IMG/VR virus record: IMGVR_UViG_2974672511_000001
Coordinates: 1-12,918 of that record
Strand: one strand, 5' to 3'
Length of the DNA stretch: 12,918 nucleotides
Source: a virus
Lineage: Duplodnaviria; Heunggongvirae; Uroviricota; Caudoviricetes; Schitoviridae
The notes beneath the pieces were generated by a model. That model had not been told where the DNA came from, did not search any database, and was given only the letters and a program-made list of their open reading frames with translations. How positions within the stretch are numbered: position 1 is the stretch's first letter; each line of letters starts with the position of its first letter. The position numbers and the translations under genes were made by a program. Of this stretch, positions 1-5,850 are shown piece after piece.

Positions 1-39
1 GAAGATAGCTCTGAATAGTTGACCGATTGATGCGAACAT
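1..39 (-). CDS. 5' end of a small leftward (early-type) hypothetical protein, partial, MFASIGQLFRAIF...
   Basis: ATG at 39-37 with AAGGA Shine-Dalgarno about 8 nt upstream; frame is open to the window edge; amphipathic N-terminus. Not in the ORF track because it is truncated. Confidence 0.7.
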   Translation of the reverse strand, partial: MFASIGQLFRAIF

Positions 40-98
40 AATGTATTCCTTTGTAAGTTAATTGATTGTTCATCTTAACCTCGTAGAGGTTGCTCTTG

Positions 99-127
99 AT
101 CTTAGGGGGGGGGGTTCCGCTTTTGAA
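99..127 (-). promoter_or_regulatory. Candidate sigma70 promoter TTCAAA-N17-TAAGAT with a C10 run in the spacer
   Basis: Minus strand: -35 at 127-122, spacer AGCGGAA+C10 (exactly 17 nt), -10 at 104-99; points at the gene starting at 39. Both hexamers match consensus 4/6. Confidence 0.4.
105..114. repeat. G10 homopolymer tract
   Basis: Ten consecutive G in an otherwise AT-rich intergenic region. Confidence 0.95.
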
Positions 128-192
128 AGGCAAAAGGAGTATAGTACTGCTACCGTACGTAATAATTAAAAATTTCAAAATACCTGAGGTAT

Positions 193-219
193 AAAAAAAA
201 AGCCCCTTAGTTGGGGCTT
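193..219 (-). terminator. Rho-independent terminator of the clpP-like operon
   Basis: AAGCCCC-ttagtt-GGGGCTT stem (200-219) with an A9 run at 193-201 (U-tract on the minus strand), 15 nt past the stop at 235. Confidence 0.85.
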
Positions 220-234
220 AGTTTGTGGGAGAGA

Positions 235-561
235 TTATTCCTCTGGTTTGGCTTCTACCTTTTTCTTTCGTGGCTTACGCTTAACCTTGGTTTCAGTAGC
301 AACAGTCTCTTCTTGGGGGGCTACTACACCATCTTTGTTTAGGTCTTTAGGTTGCTCCACTGTTTCAAACAGTGCATTGAATGTTACTGGATCATAGATG
401 TTAATCTTACCTGCATCTGTTTTAGTAACAATATGGCCTTTAGATGGCATGATAAGGATTTGTTTCTTGCGGATAGCTGCTAAGAACCATAGAGGTTGTA
501 CATCTGTACCGAATTGGAATGCCTCTACTTTTACTGGTTTAGCTACAAATTGTTTACTCAT
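235..561 (-). CDS. Hypothetical protein (108 aa) with KPVKVEAFQF N-terminal motif and Lys/Arg-rich C-terminal tail
   Basis: ATG directly abuts the clpP stop (TAA-ATG); GAGGAG SD inside the clpP 3' end; N-terminus resembles the common phage 'KKPVxIEAxQ(F/W)' small-protein motif. Confidence 0.8.
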   Translation of the reverse strand: MSKQFVAKPVKVEAFQFGTDVQPLWFLAAIRKKQILIMPSKGHIVTKTDAGKINIYDPVTFNALFETVEQPKDLNKDGVVAPQEETVATETKVKRKPRKKKVEAKPEE

Positions 562-1122
562 TTACTTCTCCTCGTAGTAGGTTTTGTTTACAAGAGCTTT
601 AGTCTCGTTAGCTGAGAACCATAGATCAGTACCATCCATTAGACGTTCCATGTCTCGTTCATCTAGGTATTTTGAGTAGATGTCAGTGTAGACTTCGTTC
701 ATGTATTTCTTTTGGTACTCCATTTGTTTCTCTGTATCGGAGCCTTTACCTACTATACCACCTGATTCACGGTGAAGCATTAGTGAGCCGAATTTACCTA
801 CTTGTTTATTCTTACATGATAGGAAGATTAGGGAGCCTGCTGAGAAACCATCACCTACTAGGCGTGCTGTTACTTGGCCTTTACATTGTTCGATAGCATC
901 GATTAGGTGTACTGCTGTGTCTAGGCGACCACCCGGAGTGTTGATTGTTACTAGTACTTTGTCACCTTTACGTGCTTGACGAAGGATTTCGAATTCACGT
1001 TCATATTCACTAGGCTGTTCAATAGGTTCTAGTAAGTCGATATACCCTGTACGGTAGTCACCGTGGTCTGAAAATAGTGGGATGTCTTTGGTTGGTGCTT
1101 TTGGGATTAATAGATCGATCAT
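562..1122 (-). CDS. clpP: ClpP-like serine protease (peptidase S14 / crotonase-like fold), stand-alone, about 186 aa
   Basis: Motifs INTPGG, FSAGSLIFLS (catalytic Ser), LMLH (His), DLWFSA (Asp). Start moved from 1152 to ATG 1122 because TGAGGA SD lies 8 nt upstream and the promoter -10 sits at 1155-1160. Confidence 0.85.
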   Translation of the reverse strand: MIDLLIPKAPTKDIPLFSDHGDYRTGYIDLLEPIEQPSEYEREFEILRQARKGDKVLVTINTPGGRLDTAVHLIDAIEQCKGQVTARLVGDGFSAGSLIFLSCKNKQVGKFGSLMLHRESGGIVGKGSDTEKQMEYQKKYMNEVYTDIYSKYLDERDMERLMDGTDLWFSANETKALVNKTYYEEK

Positions 1123-1146
1123 AGGGTGTATCCTCATATTGTTTGG

Positions 1147-1175
1147 TTGCACTTACTATAAGGTTACTATATCTT
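1147..1175 (+). promoter_or_regulatory. Weaker candidate sigma70 promoter TTGCAC-N17-TATCTT for the packaging operon
   Basis: Correct 17-nt spacing, upstream of the start at 1210; only 3/6 and 4/6 consensus matches. Confidence 0.35.
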
Positions 1176-1184
1176 AAGTGTCAA
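1155..1184 (-). promoter_or_regulatory. Strong sigma70-type promoter TTGACA-N18-TATAGT driving the clpP-like operon
   Basis: Perfect TTGACA (1184-1179) and 5/6 -10 box (1160-1155), 18-nt spacer, about 30 nt upstream of the clpP start. Confidence 0.75.
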
Positions 1185-1209
1185 CAGATTATTATTGAGG
1201 GTTACCCGA

Positions 1210-1908
1210 ATGACTAAAATGACAGAAGAGGATTTTAAAGCAGCACTACCTGCACAGATGAAGAAGAATGTTAATACGGCATTGCTGGATAAGGTTAATG
1301 ACCTTATTGCTAACGATGACGCTAGAGAAGAGTTTAGAGATAATATTATTGGCATGAGCCACGTACTTAAAGAAGGTAAGTTTAAGTTAGATAGTTATGT
1401 TAATGCTGTTAGATACATTGGGTTTACTATGCAAGGTAAGAAGAATCAAGAAGCCTATGCTCTTACGTTCCCTGATAAGACTAAGAAGTGGGGCCAGATG
1501 GGTAAGACAGCTAAAGATATTAGCGCTGCTGTTAGTATTTATAATAAGAGTAAGTTGGTCAACTTGGTTCGGGAGGCCGCGATGATTCCGGCTGCAATTT
1601 ATAATGCTGATGTCTTTCAAGAAGCTGTTAATACTCAAGCCCACTTAATGCGTACTGCACATTCAGAGAAGGTACGTAGCGATGCAGCTGCTTGTTTGAT
1701 TAAAGAGTTACGTCCACCAGAGATCCAGAAAGTAGAACTAGATATCGCAGTTAAAGAAGATAGCGCTATTGCTAGCTTACGTGATACTACGGCTCAGTTA
1801 GTGGCTCAACAGCGAGCTATGCTCCAGTCACAAGAAGTGAGTGCGAGAGATATTGCAGAACAGAAGATGGTAGTTATTGAAGGAGAGTTTGATGAAGTTG
1901 CGGACTAA
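1210..1908 (+). CDS. N4 gp69-like protein, putative terminase small subunit
   Basis: GAGGG SD at 1197-1201 supports start 1210; sequence (FKAALP..., VLKEGKFKLDSYVNAVRY, SEKVRSDAA, VELDI) recalled as the conserved Schitoviridae gene upstream of terL; synteny fits. Confidence 0.75.
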   Translation: MTKMTEEDFKAALPAQMKKNVNTALLDKVNDLIANDDAREEFRDNIIGMSHVLKEGKFKLDSYVNAVRYIGFTMQGKKNQEAYALTFPDKTKKWGQMGKTAKDISAAVSIYNKSKLVNLVREAAMIPAAIYNADVFQEAVNTQAHLMRTAHSEKVRSDAAACLIKELRPPEIQKVELDIAVKEDSAIASLRDTTAQLVAQQRAMLQSQEVSARDIAEQKMVVIEGEFDEVAD

Positions 1909-2212
1909 GTTATTTGAAGATTATAAATCTTATACGTATTTTGGAGAGAAGAGTTTATTGCTAAAACTATGCTGGCCTTTTGTACATAAGAGCTTTGCTA
2001 CTAAGTTTGCTATAGATAGTCTTACCCACCAACTAAAGTTTCAACGTACCCTACACCTTGAGTATAAAAAGAAGTATCACTTACTCCATAAGGAGCATAA
2101 TAAACACCTCGCCCTATATGGGGAGGCTACTCAGTTTAATGTAGACTATGATCTACCTGTAAATGCTGCTTCAGCTGTACACGAATTATTTATGGAGGCT
2201 GACGATGATTAG
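1892..2212 (+). CDS. Hypothetical protein (106 aa)
   Basis: GGAG SD upstream of ATG 1892; overlaps the upstream stop by 17 nt. Confidence 0.7.
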   Translation: MKLRTKLFEDYKSYTYFGEKSLLLKLCWPFVHKSFATKFAIDSLTHQLKFQRTLHLEYKKKYHLLHKEHNKHLALYGEATQFNVDYDLPVNAASAVHELFMEADDD

Positions 2213-2444
2213 TTTTGTATTTGAATATGAAGATGGTTCCCTAGAGCTTCACGGTGAAGTTGAAGGTTGGGTGCATCCTTTGAAAGATATGGATATCCAA
2301 GGTGTATATCATCTAGGCCCACCTAACTACCACTTCTGGAAAGATGCCATGCATATGTTAGGTCCTAGTGAGCATTACTGTGTATTCCCTGTAGATCAGG
2401 AACGATTTGATCAGCTTAAAGTGGAGGCGATGTTATATGGGTGA
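2205..2444 (+). CDS. Hypothetical protein (79 aa)
   Basis: GGAGG SD at 2194-2198; ATGATTAG 8-nt start/stop overlap with the previous gene. Confidence 0.7.
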   Translation: MISFVFEYEDGSLELHGEVEGWVHPLKDMDIQGVYHLGPPNYHFWKDAMHMLGPSEHYCVFPVDQERFDQLKVEAMLYG

Positions 2445-2547
2445 GCCACGAACATTATGTCCTCATTGCGGTAGTACAGATGTAGGTTTAGTCTGGGGCC
2501 ACTTAAAATTTACTTATAGATGTAGGGAGTGTCGTCATGGATATTGA
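2437..2547 (+). CDS. 36-aa C4 zinc-ribbon microprotein (MGEPRTLCPHCGSTDVGLVWGHLKFTYRCRECRHGY)
   Basis: GGAGG SD at 2423-2427; ATGGGTGA 8-nt overlap upstream and 11-nt overlap with terL; CPHC-x17-CREC. Below the ORF-track cutoff. Confidence 0.75.
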   Translation: MGEPRTLCPHCGSTDVGLVWGHLKFTYRCRECRHGY

Positions 2548-4141
2548 TTTAGACATTAATGAAAAAACAGTTGAGGATTATCTCAACGAAGTGGTCTACA
2601 AAGACCAACTAACATACTGTCCTAGCGACTTTGCTTTGGCCTTTGTAACGTTTATCAAGCTGGTAAATGGAGCTGAGGGTGAAGAGAACAAGACACCAGT
2701 AGTACATTACAAGATGTTGGACACTATTACTGAAGGTAAACGACGTATCTGTAACCTATGTCACCGTGGCATTGCTAAGACAACAGTTATGGGTGAGTAC
2801 TTGTTCCTGTATCTAGCGGTATATGGCGAATTACCTGGGTTTGGTAAGATCGATCTTTGTTTATATGTGTCGGATTCCATTGAGAATGGTGTGAAGAACA
2901 TGCGTAAGAACTTAGAACACCGTTGGGATAGCTCAGACTTCCTTAAACACTATGTACCTAACACCCGATTCACAGATGTTCGTTGGGAATTCAACAATAT
3001 CGATGGTAATAAGATGATCGTTAAAGGATATGGTGCTAAAACAGGTGTTCGTGGTGCGAAAGAGATGGGTAAACGTCCACAATTAGCTATTCTCGATGAC
3101 TTGTTCTCGGATGAAGATGCTAAATCACCTACAGTTATTGAGAACGTAGAGGCAACAATCTATAAGGCGGTAACATACGCACTTCACCCTGCTAATAACA
3201 TTATAATCTGGTCAGGTACTCCCTTTAATGCTAAGGATCCTCTATATAAAGCGGTTGAATCTGGTGCATGGGCAGTAAACGTGTTCCCTGTGTGTGAACA
3301 ATTCCCTTGTACTAAGGAAGAGTTTAGGGGTAGCTGGCCTGACCGTTTCACTTATGAGTATGTCTCTGAACAATACTCTACAGCAGTTAAGACTGGTAAG
3401 GCGGATACGTTTAACCAAGAGCTTATGTTGCGAATCATGTCGGATGATGACCGTCTGATCCTTGATTCAGATATTAGTTGGTACAAGCGTTCTAGCCTGT
3501 TAAGTAATATGGAAGCATATAACTTCTATATCACTACCGACTTTGCAACCGGTGCAGAGAAGCACAATGACTACTCAGTTATTAGTGTGTGGGCTTACTC
3601 CTCTAACGGTGATTGGTATTGGGTAGACGGTGTAGTGAAGAAGCAGGACATGTCTAAGAACGTTAATGACCTATTCCGCTTGGCCCAGATGTACAAACCA
3701 CAATCAGTAGGTGTGGAAGTGAGTGGTCAACAAGGCGGTTTCATTAACTGGATACAAGATGAGATGATGCGTAGACGTTGTTGGTTTGCATTGGCTTCAG
3801 AGAACAATTCCAATAAACCGGGTATTCGTCCTGTACCTTCGCAGAAGAAGATCGACCGATTCCAAGTAGTAGTTCCATGGTTCAAAATGAATAGAGTTTT
3901 CTTCCCTCAGGAACGTAAACATTCACCTGAGATTACACAGGCTATGAACGAGCTGACTTTGGTATCTAAACAAGGCTTTAAATCGAAGCACGATGACTTC
4001 TCAGACACGATCTCTATGCTATCGGTACTATCGCCTTGGAAACCTTCAGCGGAGGTCTCAGGGGGTTTTACGGACGGTGTGTACGAGATAGATGATGAGG
4101 AGTATTTAGGCAATACAGGTATGTCATCATATTTACCTTAA
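2537..4141 (+). CDS. terL: Terminase large subunit (N4 gp68-like)
   Basis: ATPase motifs HRGIAKTT (Walker A-like) and AILDD (Walker B), SGTP coupling motif, RNase H-like nuclease acidic residues (TTDFAT, DYSVISVW, HDDFSD); GGGAG SD. Confidence 0.93.
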   Translation: MDIDLDINEKTVEDYLNEVVYKDQLTYCPSDFALAFVTFIKLVNGAEGEENKTPVVHYKMLDTITEGKRRICNLCHRGIAKTTVMGEYLFLYLAVYGELPGFGKIDLCLYVSDSIENGVKNMRKNLEHRWDSSDFLKHYVPNTRFTDVRWEFNNIDGNKMIVKGYGAKTGVRGAKEMGKRPQLAILDDLFSDEDAKSPTVIENVEATIYKAVTYALHPANNIIIWSGTPFNAKDPLYKAVESGAWAVNVFPVCEQFPCTKEEFRGSWPDRFTYEYVSEQYSTAVKTGKADTFNQELMLRIMSDDDRLILDSDISWYKRSSLLSNMEAYNFYITTDFATGAEKHNDYSVISVWAYSSNGDWYWVDGVVKKQDMSKNVNDLFRLAQMYKPQSVGVEVSGQQGGFINWIQDEMMRRRCWFALASENNSNKPGIRPVPSQKKIDRFQVVVPWFKMNRVFFPQERKHSPEITQAMNELTLVSKQGFKSKHDDFSDTISMLSVLSPWKPSAEVSGGFTDGVYEIDDEEYLGNTGMSSYLP

Positions 4142-4175
4142 TCAGGTAAATTTTTATCAATAATTGGAGGTAATA

Positions 4176-4643
4176 ATGAAATTAGTTTTAACGTTAACAC
4201 TAGTATTGGGAATGTTAGTTGGGTGTACTATATCTAAGCAAGCAACCCATATTCGAGGAGATATTACTGTAGTGTCTGAGAACGTGGACAAGGTACATAC
4301 TAGTATTGGGGAGTACTCAAATAATCAGGAGGTACTAGCAGAGTTGGATGAGTTACAGGAGAGTTTACTTGCTGCATTGGATGGAGGTCCTGAGCTACTT
4401 AACTTGGATATCTATTATGCTCAAGCCACTGACATATATCATGTGCTTAAGGCTGAGGCAGTTGAACGTGACAGTGAGTTAACTGATGCCCAACGCAGGG
4501 AACTGCAAGTATTAGATGCACAGGTGCTTCATCTTAATGAGGAGGTGGTACAGTTTAAAGAGGATACCTTTTTATTGGATAAGCTAGGTCTTGTACGATA
4601 TCTTGTAGAGTTTACTAGCAAAATAAGGGGTTATAATGAGTAG
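4176..4643 (+). CDS. Predicted lipoprotein (155 aa), acidic and alpha-helical
   Basis: GGAGG SD before ATG 4176; MK + hydrophobic stretch + lipobox LVG-C17. Confidence 0.8.
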   Translation: MKLVLTLTLVLGMLVGCTISKQATHIRGDITVVSENVDKVHTSIGEYSNNQEVLAELDELQESLLAALDGGPELLNLDIYYAQATDIYHVLKAEAVERDSELTDAQRRELQVLDAQVLHLNEEVVQFKEDTFLLDKLGLVRYLVEFTSKIRGYNE

Positions 4644-5040
4644 CTTAAAAGATTTATTACATGCTCAGGAGTTAGCTAGGATAGGTGTGGTGTATGCACC
4701 TGCTTGTTTCCTTGTAGCCTCGGAGCAAGAGTTACTGGATACCTGTAATGGGTGCGGTGCTGCAGGCAGTTGGTTTAGACCTCCATCTACAATGTGGGGT
4801 ACTTGCATTAAGCCAGCATGTAATATCCATGACTGGATGTATCACAAGGGGTACACTATTGAGGATAAACACCAAGCAGACGAAACCATGCAGAATAATC
4901 TTGATCGTCTTATAGATAGGGATGCCCATAAGTGGTATAAGCCAACTATACTTCAGCATATTAGGAGTAGAATATACTTCATTGGAGTCTCCTGGTTTGG
5001 TGGTTCTGCTTACTGGAAAGGTAAGAATGGTGTAGTATAA
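4636..5040 (+). CDS. Phospholipase A2-like / DUF1353-like His-Asp protein (134 aa)
   Basis: N38GCG, C62-N-I-H65-D66-W-M-Y69, second-helix D82 and an aromatic/basic C-terminal helix; ATGAGTAG 8-nt overlap with the lipoprotein gene. Confidence 0.65.
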   Translation: MSSLKDLLHAQELARIGVVYAPACFLVASEQELLDTCNGCGAAGSWFRPPSTMWGTCIKPACNIHDWMYHKGYTIEDKHQADETMQNNLDRLIDRDAHKWYKPTILQHIRSRIYFIGVSWFGGSAYWKGKNGVV

Positions 5041-5045
5041 TTATT

Positions 5046-5067
5046 AAGTCCCTTAGGGGACTTTTTT
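5046..5067 (+). terminator. Rho-independent terminator closing the terminase-lipoprotein-PLA2-like unit
   Basis: AAGTCCC-ttag-GGGACTT stem followed by T6, 5 nt after the stop at 5040. Confidence 0.88.
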
Positions 5068-5142
5068 ATTACGTGTAAGTAATATCTTATCCTACATCCT
5101 TGATGTATGATTAGGCTTTGGCAATTAACATTAGGAGACATA

Positions 5143-5850
5143 ATGAAACTTTCTGAACTGTTCAGCTACTTGACGTACGGTGAACTAAATAACCTCAAGG
5201 TTGGAGGTAAGGAGGATGGTGGTATATATCCCAAGTATAGTGATGAGGTGGTCACCTATATTACTCAAGGGTTATCTGCACTCCATTCCAGATTTGAACT
5301 TAAACAAAACGAACTTGTAATCCAACAGTTTGAAGAGATTACTGATTATATTATTCAACCCGAATATTCACAATATAACGAAGACTCTACAGAACCTAAA
5401 CGTTGGATAATGGATTTACCTAACTCACCTTACTCAGGAGATCTAATTAGAATCTCAGAAGTATTTAATGAAGGTGGGGTACGTATGCCTTTGAATGACA
5501 GTATGAAACCAAATAGTATGACTACTCCAAGGTTCGATATACTTCAGATGCCTATGCCTGATCCAGAGAATGCTTATGCTGTACTCTATGTTGCTGATCA
5601 TGATCCTATTGATCTAACTAACTTAGCACCTAAATACATTAATATTAGTATACCTACTCCATTAGTTAGGGCACTAGTACTTTATGTGTCATCTCTGGCA
5701 CACACTGCAGTAGGCAGCCCTGAAGGTGTTAATACTGGGTTTGCAAAGATGCAGGAATATGAGGCGGTATGTATAGGTATGGAAGTACAAGGTACAATCG
5801 CAAAAGAAACTTGGGAACTTAATAAGATAAGGAGAGACGGATGGGTATAA
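5143..5850 (+). CDS. N4 gp67-like virion structural protein (head-tail adaptor type)
   Basis: AGGAG SD supports ATG 5143; N-terminus MKLSELFSYLTYGEL.NL..GG and position between terL and the fibre genes match N4-like gp67. Confidence 0.75.
   Translation: MKLSELFSYLTYGELNNLKVGGKEDGGIYPKYSDEVVTYITQGLSALHSRFELKQNELVIQQFEEITDYIIQPEYSQYNEDSTEPKRWIMDLPNSPYSGDLIRISEVFNEGGVRMPLNDSMKPNSMTTPRFDILQMPMPDPENAYAVLYVADHDPIDLTNLAPKYINISIPTPLVRALVLYVSSLAHTAVGSPEGVNTGFAKMQEYEAVCIGMEVQGTIAKETWELNKIRRDGWV

Noticed and set aside
105-114. Intramolecular G-quadruplex
   Set aside because: A single G10 run without four separated G-tracts nearby.
138-143. TATACT as a -10 box on the minus strand
   Set aside because: No -35 at 16-18 nt (ATTATT) and no TGn extension.
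40-234. tRNA or CRISPR-like array in the non-coding regions (also 8520-8714)
   Set aside because: No cloverleaf with T-loop/D-loop consensus and no regularly spaced repeat-spacer units.
1123-1209. ORF-track upstream starts (1152, 1195; likewise 1877, 2163, 4164, 5107)
   Set aside because: In each case a downstream ATG has a well-spaced SD, and the longer start lacks one or overlaps promoter/SD elements.
672-1644. Antisense or alternate-frame ORFs 672-896(+), 1167-1355(-), 1387-1644(-), 1397-1585(+)
   Set aside because: They lie mostly or wholly within well-supported genes, have no convincing SD and show no recognisable motifs.
2537-4141. Intein, intron or frameshift in terL
   Set aside because: Uninterrupted 534-aa frame of normal size with ATPase and nuclease motifs in order.
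4176-4643. Lipoprotein as u-spanin or o-spanin
   Set aside because: No C-terminal transmembrane helix (the tail contains D, K, R, E), not Pro-rich, and no adjacent i-spanin; retained only as an unassigned lipoprotein.
3907-4959. Antisense ORFs 3907-4113 and 4732-4959
   Set aside because: Shadow ORFs opposite terL and the PLA2-like gene.
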